Below are positions 18,502-27,360 of a DNA stretch of 32,000 nucleotides, piece by piece. Source of the DNA: Microcystis aeruginosa NIES-2549 (GTDB taxonomy: Bacteria; Cyanobacteriota; Cyanobacteriia; Cyanobacteriales; Microcystaceae); the NCBI RefSeq assembly GCF_000981785.2, contig NZ_CP011304.1, forward strand, positions 870,001-902,000. The letters run 5' to 3'. A model generated the notes under the pieces. The model saw only the letters and a program-made list of their open reading frames with translations. It was not told where the DNA came from and ran no database searches. Position 1 is the stretch's first letter. Each line of letters begins with the position of its first letter. The position numbers and the translations under genes are program-made.

Positions 18502-19224
18502 CTAAATTGTATCGGGATCGATGCCTAATTCTCGTAGTTTTTGGGCTAATTTTTCCTTAGCCTGACGTTCCCTTTCTTTCTCTAAAAGAGCCTGTTCTTT
18601 CTCTAAAATAGCCTGTTCTTTTGCCTGTCGTTGCTGTAACTCAGCTTCTTGAGGAGTGGGGACTAATTGACCATCGGCGGTAAAATAACGCAGTTTACGG
18701 TCAAATATCCCTAAATATAATCCTAACTGTTCACTCCAGAGATAACCCTGTTCATTGGGAGAAATGGCTTGATATTGTCCCTCAATTAGTCTAAATCCTT
18801 GCAATTCTAAAGTATTGGGATCGAACCAAAAATAATTAGGAGTGCGAAAGGTATTTTGATAGAGAATTTTCTTGTTATTGCGGTCAATATTGGCCGTAGA
18901 ATCGGAGAGAATCTCGACAATTACATCCGGATATTTACCCTGTTCTCTCCAAACCACCCAACTTTTGCGGGGGCGTTTTTCGGTATCTAAAACCACAAAA
19001 AAATCGGGACCCCAGAAATCGCGTTTTTTTAGTTGTTCCTCGTTGTAGTAGATGGTTAGATTTCCCGAAGCGTAGTAATCACTCCTCTCGCGCCATAATA
19101 ATTCTAGACAACTAAGGAGAATGATGATCTGTTGCAGGTGTAGATCACTTTCCAAGGGTGGTTCATCACTCCATAAATCTGTGGGGAGATAGGTGACATC
19201 TGGGATCATGTCTAGGGCTGTCAT
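18502..19224 (-). CDS. Uma2-family (DUF820) PD-(D/E)XK endonuclease with a C-terminal coiled-coil tail
   Basis: Core motif PDVIVEILSDSTANIDRNNKKILYQNTFRTPNYFWFDP. The C-terminal tail is QAKEQAILEKEQALLEKERERQAKEKL. Confidence 0.8.
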   Translation of the reverse strand: MTALDMIPDVTYLPTDLWSDEPPLESDLHLQQIIILLSCLELLWRERSDYYASGNLTIYYNEEQLKKRDFWGPDFFVVLDTEKRPRKSWVVWREQGKYPDVIVEILSDSTANIDRNNKKILYQNTFRTPNYFWFDPNTLELQGFRLIEGQYQAISPNEQGYLWSEQLGLYLGIFDRKLRYFTADGQLVPTPQEAELQQRQAKEQAILEKEQALLEKERERQAKEKLAQKLRELGIDPDTI

Positions 19225-19311
19225 GACTTTTTCCCGATATTTTAGGATTGATTAATTATAGCTTTTTACCACAATTGCACAGATAAGGCGGGGGGGATTT
19301 TACCAATAACT

Positions 19312-19456
19312 TAAGTAGGTAGGCGTTAAAAATCATCAGACACCTCCCCTTATCAAGGGTAGGGTTGATTCATGAATCAACCCTACCTTATCAAGGAGGG
19401 CAGGGGGGATCGAACCTAAAATCCATTTTTAATTTAATTATAACCAATAACTTAAT
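19312..19456 (-). repeat. Dispersed palindrome-bearing repeat, copy B (inverted relative to copy A)
   Basis: Its reverse complement aligns with 6703-6838. It contains a perfect 30-nt palindrome, ggtagggttgattcatgaatcaaccctacc (19358-19387). It lies in the divergent region between the Uma2 gene and the acyl-AMP ligase gene. Confidence 0.9.
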
Positions 19457-19556
19457 CCTATACCTTGACCGATCGCCTTTCGCACTTTATCCTAGCGCCA
19501 TGGGCAAATATCTTAAAACTTCTATACAATGGCCCCCAATAAGCCCGATAACAACG

Positions 19557-21350
19557 ATGACTGAAACCTTAATTCAACCTGCCACCCTAGTAGAACTCTT
19601 ACGTTACCGCGCCACGGCACAACCGGAGGGCCATGCCTACACTTTTCTTATCGATGGTAGAAAAGAAACCCCACCTTTAACCTACAGTGAACTCGATCGC
19701 CAAGCAAGAGCAATCGCCGCCTATTTGCAAAAATACCAGGCCCAAGGGGAACGCGCCCTATTACTCTATCCTCAAAGTTTAGAAGTAGTGGCCGCTTTTT
19801 GTGGTTGTCTCTACGCGGGAGTGATTGCCATTCCCGTCCCCCCACCGGAATCGGGACGACTTAAGCGCACTTTGCCCCGTTTACGAGCAATTGTCAAGGA
19901 TGCTAATGCCACCTTTGCCCTAGTTACCGAAAGTATTCTGACTCTTATTGAAGGTGTTAAGGAAGAATTCCCAGAATTCGACCAAATGAAATGGATTACT
20001 ACCGAAAGTATTGATATTTCCCTAGCGGACCAATGGCAAGATCCCCAGGTGGATAAATCGGCGCTTGCTTATCTGCAATATACCTCCGGTTCGACTAATA
20101 TCCCCAAAGGAGTGATGTTAAGTCATTTTAACCTGATGCACCATTGCGGTTACTTGCAAAAAGCTTGTGGTTACGAACCGGATAGCGTTACCCTCACTTG
20201 GATGCCCTATTTTCACGATTACGGGTTAGTGGAAGGTATCACCGTCCCCCTCTACAACGGTACACCCTGCTATCTCATGTCTCCCTTTGCTTTTATTAAG
20301 CGTCCGATGCAGTGGTTAAAAAATATTACTAAGTACAAAGTTACTCATAGTCAGGCCCCCAACTTCGCCTATGATCTTTGTACTCGCAGGATTAAAGCTG
20401 CCGATTTAGCGGAATTAGACCTGAGCAGTTGGCAGGCCGCGGGAAATGCCGCCGAACCGATTAATCCGAAGGTTATGGCCAAATTTGTCGATACTTTTGC
20501 CGATTATGGCTTTTCTTGGCAAACTTTCGCCCCTGCCTACGGATTAGCTGAATATACCCTGTTGATTTCCAATAAACCCAAGGGAACCACCCCAATTATC
20601 ACCGCTTTGGATGCAACCGCCTACGAACGCGGTAAAATTGTCCCTGTAGGCTCTGATCTAACCACGGGAGTTAGATACGTCCCCAGTTGTGGTCGTCGCG
20701 TCTGTGATACCCGTATAGCTATCGTTAATCCCGATACTTTCACCCTTTGTGCAGCCGATGAAGTGGGCGAAATTTGGGCCAGTGACCCCAGTATGGCCGC
20801 TGGATATTGGCAACGGGAAGACGCAACCAAAGAGACTTTTCAAGCTTATCTTGCTGATACAGGAGAAGGACCGTTTTTACGCACAGGAGATTTAGGTTTT
20901 CTTCTCGATGGGGAATTGTATATCACGGGACGGATTAAGGATTTAATTATTGTCCGTGGTAGTAATCATTATCCCCAGGATTTAGAATGGTCAGTACAGC
21001 ATCTTAATGAGGTTTTTCGTCCCGATTATGGTGCCGCTTTTTCTATTGAAGATAATGGGGAAGAACAGTTAGTTATTGTCCAGGAATTAGAACGTCGCAG
21101 CGGCGAATTAGATACGGCCAAATTAATTGCTGATATTCGTCAGGAAATCGCCGAAGAACACGAAATTATGACCCATGCGATTGTTCTGGCTAAATCGGGA
21201 ACAATTCTCAAAACTGCCAGCGGCAAAATTCAACGCCGCGCTATTAAACAGAATTTTCTCAATGGGAATATTAGTATTATCGATGCTTGGTCAGAAAATC
21301 CTCAGTTAGTTAGTAAATTCGATCGCTCTATTTCTGAAACAGAAGCATAG
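19557..21350 (+). CDS. Fatty acyl-AMP ligase (FAAL-type adenylating enzyme)
   Basis: Start set at ATG 19557 (MTETLIQPATLVELLRYRA); the upstream part of the track ORF lies in the repeat. Motifs are YLQYTSGSTNIPKGVMLSH, FLRTGDLGF and GRIKDLIIVRGSNHYPQDLE. Confidence 0.85.
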   Translation: MTETLIQPATLVELLRYRATAQPEGHAYTFLIDGRKETPPLTYSELDRQARAIAAYLQKYQAQGERALLLYPQSLEVVAAFCGCLYAGVIAIPVPPPESGRLKRTLPRLRAIVKDANATFALVTESILTLIEGVKEEFPEFDQMKWITTESIDISLADQWQDPQVDKSALAYLQYTSGSTNIPKGVMLSHFNLMHHCGYLQKACGYEPDSVTLTWMPYFHDYGLVEGITVPLYNGTPCYLMSPFAFIKRPMQWLKNITKYKVTHSQAPNFAYDLCTRRIKAADLAELDLSSWQAAGNAAEPINPKVMAKFVDTFADYGFSWQTFAPAYGLAEYTLLISNKPKGTTPIITALDATAYERGKIVPVGSDLTTGVRYVPSCGRRVCDTRIAIVNPDTFTLCAADEVGEIWASDPSMAAGYWQREDATKETFQAYLADTGEGPFLRTGDLGFLLDGELYITGRIKDLIIVRGSNHYPQDLEWSVQHLNEVFRPDYGAAFSIEDNGEEQLVIVQELERRSGELDTAKLIADIRQEIAEEHEIMTHAIVLAKSGTILKTASGKIQRRAIKQNFLNGNISIIDAWSENPQLVSKFDRSISETEA

Positions 21351-21375
21351 TTTTTCGGGTGGGCATTGCTCACCC
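21351..21375 (+). repeat. Second copy of the petH-terminator hairpin (tttttcgggtgggcattgctcaccc)
   Basis: 24 of 25 nt are identical to 9674-9698. It begins directly after the ligase stop codon. No 3' T-run follows here. Confidence 0.8.
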
Positions 21376-21524
21376 GATCGAGGATAACTAATCGTGTTAG
21401 GATTAGGTTAGGGATTAAAGTTAGGGAGAAAGCTAGAGTAAACGCCCAAAATTTCACATTTACAAACACTTTATACCATGATGTTGAGAGAGCCGACTAT
21501 TTTGCTTGTATATGTATTGGATGT

Positions 21525-21791
21525 ATGAGTAAACAGGATAAATTATTGATTAAAATTCTTTTAGGTAATTCTGATGCTAACATTCCCTTCGAGCAACTTT
21601 GTCAACTACTGAGGAAATTAGGATTTGATCAACGAATAGGAGGAAGTCATCATATTTTTACTAAAGAAGGAGTTGAAGAAATTTTAAATCTGCAACCCAA
21701 ACAAGGAAAAGCAAAAGCCTATCAAGTTAAGCAAATTCGTAGTCTGATTTTAAAATATAAGTTAGGATATCAAGATGAAAATTCGTTATGA
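21525..21791 (+). CDS. hicA: HicA-family mRNA-interferase toxin
   Basis: 88 aa from ATG 21525, with the motif LRKLGFDQRIGGSHHIF. The upstream part of track ORF 21366.. has no family similarity. Confidence 0.8.
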   Translation: MSKQDKLLIKILLGNSDANIPFEQLCQLLRKLGFDQRIGGSHHIFTKEGVEEILNLQPKQGKAKAYQVKQIRSLILKYKLGYQDENSL

Positions 21792-21987
21792 ACTGATTAT
21801 TTACTGGAGTAATGAGGATCAACTATTTATCGTTGAAGTTCCAGAACTTGCAGGATGTATGGCTGATGGAGAAACTTATCAAGAAGCTGTGCAAAATGCT
21901 GAAATCATTATTCAACAATGGATTGAAACAGCACAGGAATTAGGCCGAGAAATTCCTGAACCTAAAGGACGTTTATTATTTGCTTGA
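21775..21987 (+). CDS. hicB: HicB-family antitoxin (short form, no appended DNA-binding domain)
   Basis: 70 aa with YELIIYWSNEDQLFIVEVPELAGCMADGETYQEAVQNAEIIIQQWIE, the HicB N-terminal fold. It overlaps hicA by 17 nt. Confidence 0.8.
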   Translation: MKIRYELIIYWSNEDQLFIVEVPELAGCMADGETYQEAVQNAEIIIQQWIETAQELGREIPEPKGRLLFA

Positions 21988-22128
21988 ACAAGCACAGGAA
22001 TAGGGAAAATGGGTGTTGTCGATAGCAATAAAATTAGAAATTGCCTTGAGTAAGAAGCGGGCATAGTTATTATGAAATAACCTAAACACTATGATTAATT
22101 ATCGGGTATATTATCTCATCGCAAGGCA

Positions 22129-22614
22129 CTACTTAGAACGAGGCGACTTGTGGGGAAAGGTAGAAATTAAGAGGCAAATAATCCCGATATTGATAAAGAC
22201 ATCAGCCAGATTAAAAACAGGAAAATTAATCAATCTAAAATCGAGAAAATCCACCACATAACCAAACAAAAAGCGATCGATACCATTGCCGAAAGCCCCT
22301 GCTAAAATAAAACCGTAGGCCAATTGTTCCCAACGATTTAAATGCGGTCCAAAGTAGGCAAAAGCCATTAATCCCAAACTAACTAATAAGGATAGCCATT
22401 TTAGCCAACCAACACCGCCCCGAAAAGCACTAAAAGCCGCCCCGGTATTAATCACAAATGTAAAATGAAAAACCCCCGGAATAATCGGGAAAGTATCACC
22501 AATTTGCTCAAAACTCTGCACGGTTATATACTTAGTTACTTGGTCTAAAATTAGACCAATCACCGCCACTATCCAAAACCAGCGATTCTTTTTTAACATT
22601 GGCTGTGGCATCAA
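22129..22614 (-). CDS. lspA: Lipoprotein signal peptidase (signal peptidase II)
   Basis: 161 aa with four hydrophobic segments and the motifs NTGAAFS and FNLADVFI. Confidence 0.88.
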   Translation of the reverse strand: MMPQPMLKKNRWFWIVAVIGLILDQVTKYITVQSFEQIGDTFPIIPGVFHFTFVINTGAAFSAFRGGVGWLKWLSLLVSLGLMAFAYFGPHLNRWEQLAYGFILAGAFGNGIDRFLFGYVVDFLDFRLINFPVFNLADVFINIGIICLLISTFPHKSPRSK

Positions 22615-23261
22615 TAAAATAATAATTTACGGAAGAAAAAGGCAATAATTGCCACCACACAAATTACTACTAACTGCCCTAAAAATGGCCAGACTGAATA
22701 ATTCATAAATAGGGTGGGCAAACTATCGGGAAAGGTGATTTGACCGGCTTGGGGCTGAAAAATCGACAATCCCAGCATATATAATAAACCGCACAGATGA
22801 ATCACTAACAAACCGGCAAAAGCACTTAAAGCTAGGGTTTCTATCTTGGCACGCCAGCGAAAAGCCAGCCAACCACACAGCCATGCCCCCGGCATAAAGC
22901 CTAAAATATAGCCAAAACTGGCTTCTTTCAGATAACCCATTCCCCCACCCTGGGCAAACACCGGCAACCAAGTTAAACCGAGAAAAATATAGGCCACCTG
23001 GGCGAGAAGCCCGGCATTTTTGCCCCCCAGACAGCCCGTTAATAATACTGCGCCAATTTGGTAAGTTATGCCTAGTTTTTGCGAAGATAGACCCGTAGCC
23101 GACCAACTAGCTAGACTGACTGGAACAAATGTACTAAAAATTGTCAGCAGCAAACCAATCAAAGCCCAGAGTAACTCATTGGGAACCGATGCGGAAGAGC
23201 GCCGGGGCGGAGATTCTCCTCCTCGACGTGATTTAGGTTGCCTGTTGGGGTTGGTATTCAC
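22611..23261 (-). CDS. bioY: Biotin transporter BioY
   Basis: 216 aa. A basic N-terminal extension precedes a polytopic core with GGGMGYLKEASFGYILGFMPGAW. It overlaps lspA by 4 nt and bioB by 29 nt. Confidence 0.8.
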   Translation of the reverse strand: MNTNPNRQPKSRRGGESPPRRSSASVPNELLWALIGLLLTIFSTFVPVSLASWSATGLSSQKLGITYQIGAVLLTGCLGGKNAGLLAQVAYIFLGLTWLPVFAQGGGMGYLKEASFGYILGFMPGAWLCGWLAFRWRAKIETLALSAFAGLLVIHLCGLLYMLGLSIFQPQAGQITFPDSLPTLFMNYSVWPFLGQLVVICVVAIIAFFFRKLLFY

Positions 23262-24327
23262 CGGGGATGGGGGCTTCTCCTCCTATTAAACTAAGATCAG
23301 CCAACATCGCCTGATCCTGTTGGGGGGGTTGTCCTAGAGTGGTCAAATAATGCCCAATCAGCATAGCATTAATTCCCGATTTTAGCCCCAGATTTTGCAA
23401 TTCTCCCATCACTGCCTCTCGTCCCCCAGCATAACGGAGGATTTGTTGAGGTAAGATAAACCGGAAAATAGCGATCGCTTTTAGGGCAGTAAAAGGGTCC
23501 AGTTTGGGTAAATGACCTAAAGGGGTGCCACTTCTGGGGTTTAATAGGTTAATCGGCACTGATTCCACTTCTAATTCCGCCAGAGAAAAAGCTAAATCAA
23601 TGCGATCAGTCCAACTTTCCCCCATACCGATAATTCCGCCAGTACAAGCCTGAATTCCCGCCGCTTTCAGGTTTTTTACCGTTTCTACCCGATCCTGCCA
23701 ACTGTGGGTGGAGACGACGTTAGGATAAAAATTCTCGGAAGCCTCCAGATTGTGATTATAACGGGTAACTCCGGCTTCTTTTAAGGCCTGGGCTTGGGGG
23801 AGGGTTAACTCTCCCAAGGCGCAACAGGGTTTAATCTTGGCGGTTTCGATGATTTCTTGAACTGTGGCCAGTATTTCCTCGAATTCCTTGGATTTGGGGC
23901 TATTATACTTTAATCCCCGACCTTGACTAACTAAACAGAAGCGTTTGGCCCCCGCTTCGGCTGCCGCTTTCGCATGGCTGACGATTTCCTCGCGACTTTT
24001 TAAACCGTAGATAGGCGAATCTTGGCCGGGATGGTGGACGGATTGGGAACAAAAACTACAATTTTCCGAACAACTTCCCGATTTTATGTTGATTATGCTA
24101 CATAAATCCACCGTATTGCCACAACAGGCCTGACGAATGCGATCAGCAGCCTCACATAAGCTGAAAATATTTTCCTGACCTTCGATCGCAGTTAAAGCCA
24201 GGGCCTCTTGCTTACTGAGTCGATCGCCGGCGATAATCTGATTAGCCCTAGTCTGTAACCAGTTTTTTAAGGCTTCTCCCTCCATGGGGATAGATTGAGT
24301 AGCGCTGTGTGTAGAGACTTGTACCAC
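23233..24327 (-). CDS. bioB: Biotin synthase
   Basis: 364 aa with the radical-SAM motif CSENCSFCSQ, plus YNHNLE and GGIIGMGE. Confidence 0.9.
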   Translation of the reverse strand: MVQVSTHSATQSIPMEGEALKNWLQTRANQIIAGDRLSKQEALALTAIEGQENIFSLCEAADRIRQACCGNTVDLCSIINIKSGSCSENCSFCSQSVHHPGQDSPIYGLKSREEIVSHAKAAAEAGAKRFCLVSQGRGLKYNSPKSKEFEEILATVQEIIETAKIKPCCALGELTLPQAQALKEAGVTRYNHNLEASENFYPNVVSTHSWQDRVETVKNLKAAGIQACTGGIIGMGESWTDRIDLAFSLAELEVESVPINLLNPRSGTPLGHLPKLDPFTALKAIAIFRFILPQQILRYAGGREAVMGELQNLGLKSGINAMLIGHYLTTLGQPPQQDQAMLADLSLIGGEAPIPGEYQPQQAT

Positions 24328-24460
24328 GTCGTTTATGCTCTAACTAAGTTAGGCTCATCTTATCATTATTCAGTTACCTGGGAAAGATTAATAAAAAACT
24401 TTAGAAAAAAATGCCCTTTTGTGCTAGACTACCCGCAAAAGTTATCTTGTCTCCGATTTT

Positions 24461-25006
24461 ATGAAAGTTATTCCCACGGAAATTCCTGATGTTTTAATTA
24501 TTGAACCGCAAGTTTACGGAGACGATCGAGGTTTTTTCTTGGAGAGTTTTAATCAGAAAGATTTTCGAGAGAAAACTGGGGTTAATACCACTTTTGTCCA
24601 GGATAATCACTCTATGTCCCTAAAAAATGTCCTGCGAGGATTGCACTATCAAATTCCCAATCCCCAGGGTAAACTGGTGCGAGTAGTGAGCGGTAGTGTT
24701 TTTGATGTGGCCGTGGATGCGCGTCAAAGTTCCCCCACTTTTGGGCAATGGGTAGGCTGTGTTTTAAGTGCGGAAAATAAACGTATTTTCTGGGTTCCCG
24801 AAGGTTTTGCCCATGGCTTTCTAGTCCTCTCCGAGCGAGCAGAATTTCTCTACAAAACCACTAATTATTATTATCCCCAATACGAAAAAACTATTTTATG
24901 GAATGATGCCGATTTAGGGATTGACTGGCCTCTAGAGACCCCGCCGATTCTCTCCCCTAAAGACCAAGCTGGACAACCCTTTAAATCCGTGGAAGTTTTC
25001 CCCTAA
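24461..25006 (+). CDS. rfbC: dTDP-4-dehydrorhamnose 3,5-epimerase
   Basis: 181 aa with DDRGFF, RGLHYQ and PEGFAHGF. Confidence 0.9.
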   Translation: MKVIPTEIPDVLIIEPQVYGDDRGFFLESFNQKDFREKTGVNTTFVQDNHSMSLKNVLRGLHYQIPNPQGKLVRVVSGSVFDVAVDARQSSPTFGQWVGCVLSAENKRIFWVPEGFAHGFLVLSERAEFLYKTTNYYYPQYEKTILWNDADLGIDWPLETPPILSPKDQAGQPFKSVEVFP

Positions 25007-25011
25007 AGACA

Positions 25012-25887
25012 ATGAAAAAAGTTTTATTAATTGGTGCTAAAGGTCAAGTAGGACAAGAGTTACAGGTAACTTTACCGCAGTTGGGTGAAGTTATTAGTAT
25101 CGGTCGAGAAGAACTAGATTTAACCAACTCGGAAAAAATCGGCCAGTTAATTAGGGAAATTCACCCCGATTATCTCGTTAATGCCTCCGCTTACACGGCA
25201 GTGGATAAAGCCGAAACCGAGCCAGATTTAGCCTATTCTATCAATGCTATAGCTCCGAAAATCATGGCGGAAGCTGCCGAGAAAACTAAAGCTAAATTTC
25301 TCCATATTTCCACCGATTATGTGTTTGATGGTCGAAAAAATACCCCCTATCTAGAAACCGATCTAACTAATCCTTTAGGGGTTTATGGACAATCAAAGTT
25401 AAGGGGAGAAGAGGAGATTAAAACTGTTAATTCTCAGGCAATTATCCTGCGGACTGCTTGGGTTTACGGCAGTTATGGCAAAAGTAATTTTGTCAAAACT
25501 ATGCTGAGATTAGGCAAGGAAAGAGAGGAGTTAAAAGTAGTTGTTGATCAGCTGGGAAGTCCCACTTGGGCAAAAGATATCGCCACGGCCATTACTCAGC
25601 TTTTAATTAATGCCGATAATCCCCCAGGAATCTATAATTTTACTAATAGCGGTGTTGCCAGTTGGTTTGATTTAACTAAAGCGATTTTTGAGGAGGCAAA
25701 AATAAGCGGTATTCCCTTAAAAATTCAGAGAGTAATTCCCATTACTACTGCTGAATATCCTACCCCAGCAGTGCGTCCGGCTTATTCGGTTCTTTCCAGT
25801 CAAAAAATCTCGCAACAATTGGGTTATATTCCTCCCTATTGGCGAGATTCTCTCAAAGCTATGCTCAACCAACTATTTAATCTTTAA
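25012..25887 (+). CDS. rfbD: dTDP-4-dehydrorhamnose reductase
   Basis: 291 aa with the N-terminal Rossmann motif LLIGAKGQVG, plus STDYVFDG and YGQSKLRGE. Confidence 0.9.
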   Translation: MKKVLLIGAKGQVGQELQVTLPQLGEVISIGREELDLTNSEKIGQLIREIHPDYLVNASAYTAVDKAETEPDLAYSINAIAPKIMAEAAEKTKAKFLHISTDYVFDGRKNTPYLETDLTNPLGVYGQSKLRGEEEIKTVNSQAIILRTAWVYGSYGKSNFVKTMLRLGKEREELKVVVDQLGSPTWAKDIATAITQLLINADNPPGIYNFTNSGVASWFDLTKAIFEEAKISGIPLKIQRVIPITTAEYPTPAVRPAYSVLSSQKISQQLGYIPPYWRDSLKAMLNQLFNL

Positions 25888-25891
25888 AACT

Positions 25892-26965
25892 ATGAAAGCA
25901 CTAATTTTATCCGGTGGTAAAGGTACGAGGTTACGTCCCCTAACCTATACTGGGGCAAAACAGTTAGTTCCCGTGGCCAATAAACCGATTTTATGGTATG
26001 GAATCGAATCAATTGTCGCCGCAGGAATTACCGATATTGGCATTATTATCAGTCCCGAAACTGGGGAAGAAATTCGTCAGACCACGGGCAGTGGTGAACA
26101 GTTTGGAGCTAAGATCACTTATATTCGCCAAGACCAACCGGCGGGATTAGCTCACGCGGTTAAAACTGCCCAATCTTTCCTAGGAGATTCCCCCTTTATT
26201 ATGTACTTGGGTGATAACCTAATTGAGGATGATTTATCGCCCTTTTTAGACTCTTTCCAAAAACAGTCCCTTGATGCTTTAATTCTGCTGCGAAAAGTGT
26301 CTAATCCTAGTGCTTTTGGGGTGGCAAAAGTAGATGAAACCGGCAAGGTTTTATACCTAGTCGAAAAACCCAAAGAACCTCCCTCAAATTTAGCTTTGGT
26401 GGGGATTTATTTTTTTGCTCCCACCATTCACCAAGCGATCGCATCTATTCAACCTTCGGGCCGGGGTGAGTTAGAAATTACCGACGCTATCCAAGAATTA
26501 ATCAATCAAAATAAAGCAGTAGAAGCCAATAAACTACTGGGTTGGTGGTTAGATACGGGTAAAAAAGATGACTTATTAGAAGCAAATCGGATTATCCTCG
26601 ATACCAGTCTAGAAATCGCTTTACTAGGAGAAATTGATCCTAATAGTCAGGTGATCGGACGAGTACAAATTGGTCAGGGTAGTAAAATTATTAATAGTAC
26701 CATTCGCGGGCCTGTCATTATCGGAGAAAATTGTCAGATTGAGAATTGTTTTATCGGTCCCTATAGTAGTATAGCTAATGGAGTAAAATTAATCGATGCC
26801 GACATAGAACACAGTGTAATTCTCAAAGATGCCACGATTATTGGCATTCATCAGCGCATAGTTGATAGTGTGATTGGACGACGGGCAAAATTAGAAATTG
26901 CTCCCCAACGTCCCAAGGCTTTACGCTTTATGATTGGGGATGATTCCCATGTGGAATTAGTTTAG
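25892..26965 (+). CDS. Glucose-1-phosphate thymidylyltransferase, long form (nucleotidyltransferase plus left-handed beta-helix domain)
   Basis: 357 aa with LSGGKGTRLRPLTYTGAKQLVPV at the N-terminus and a hexapeptide-repeat C-terminal third. Confidence 0.8.
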   Translation: MKALILSGGKGTRLRPLTYTGAKQLVPVANKPILWYGIESIVAAGITDIGIIISPETGEEIRQTTGSGEQFGAKITYIRQDQPAGLAHAVKTAQSFLGDSPFIMYLGDNLIEDDLSPFLDSFQKQSLDALILLRKVSNPSAFGVAKVDETGKVLYLVEKPKEPPSNLALVGIYFFAPTIHQAIASIQPSGRGELEITDAIQELINQNKAVEANKLLGWWLDTGKKDDLLEANRIILDTSLEIALLGEIDPNSQVIGRVQIGQGSKIINSTIRGPVIIGENCQIENCFIGPYSSIANGVKLIDADIEHSVILKDATIIGIHQRIVDSVIGRRAKLEIAPQRPKALRFMIGDDSHVELV

Positions 26966-27030
26966 TTATCGGGGATTAACTGCCCCTTTAATTAGGGTTT
27001 GCGGCAAAAAGTTTTGGCTCTTCTAGGTTC

Positions 27031-27154
27031 TGTGTGATTAGTTTAACTTACATAGGATCGATCTTTGTGTCCTTTGTGTCTTTGTGGTTCGTTCCACCCC
27101 CTCGCTAGGAGAAATGTATCCTAGAATACATTTTACCCACCAAACCTAGGAGAG
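27031..27154 (+). repeat. Dispersed ~125-130-nt intergenic repeat, copy B
   Basis: See 11580-11708. It lies 66 nt after the thymidylyltransferase stop. Confidence 0.9.
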
Positions 27155-27360
27155 CCAAGTTTTTCCTGGGTGTAGGGTGTAGGATTTTACCGATTTTCAG
27201 GGAAAAAGTGCCTGAATTTTCCCCCCAATCACTCCAATCGCTGGCACTTTTTGATGGGAAAAAAGTCTAAAAGCCTTATCCAACAAGGTTTTTATATTTA
27301 TTCAGCCCACCCTAACTATGTTATGATCAAGAGTCTGACCTATTTTACCGTTCTAGAACT

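Noticed and set aside
19405-19416. tRNA T-arm-like motif (reverse complement ggttcgatcccc) inside repeat copy B, possibly a tRNA-derived element
   Set aside because: No flanking stem or cloverleaf can be drawn, and the motif is not conserved in copy A (6742-6756).
19365-19556. Upstream extension of the acyl-AMP ligase ORF (TTG at 19365)
   Set aside because: That start lies inside the 30-nt palindrome of the dispersed repeat. The FAAL-typical N-terminus begins at ATG 19557.
13893-21350. Functional link between the carrier-protein-like AT-rich ORF and the acyl-AMP ligase
   Set aside because: The genes are 5 kb apart on opposite strands, separated by six unrelated housekeeping genes, and have very different base composition. 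Nothing supports co-function.
21366-21524. Upstream extension of hicA (track start 21366)
   Set aside because: It has a non-ATG start and covers the hairpin repeat and the TTAGG low-complexity region. HicA similarity starts at Met 21525.
22723-23289. ORFs 22723..23106 (-) and 23068..23289 (+) within bioY
   Set aside because: They are alternative-frame or antisense ORFs inside a well-supported membrane-protein gene, with Arg/Gly/Ser-rich composition typical of off-frame reading.
24295-24489. 64-aa + ORF spanning the bioB-rfbC spacer
   Set aside because: It overlaps the 5' ends of both flanking genes and starts at a non-ATG codon, with no supporting signal.
27203-27252. 10-bp inverted repeat aaaaagtgcc / ggcacttttt upstream of leuB as a leader or attenuator structure
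   Set aside because: The 30-nt loop is long, there is no leader peptide with Leu codons, and no alternative pairing is evident. It is probably fortuitous.
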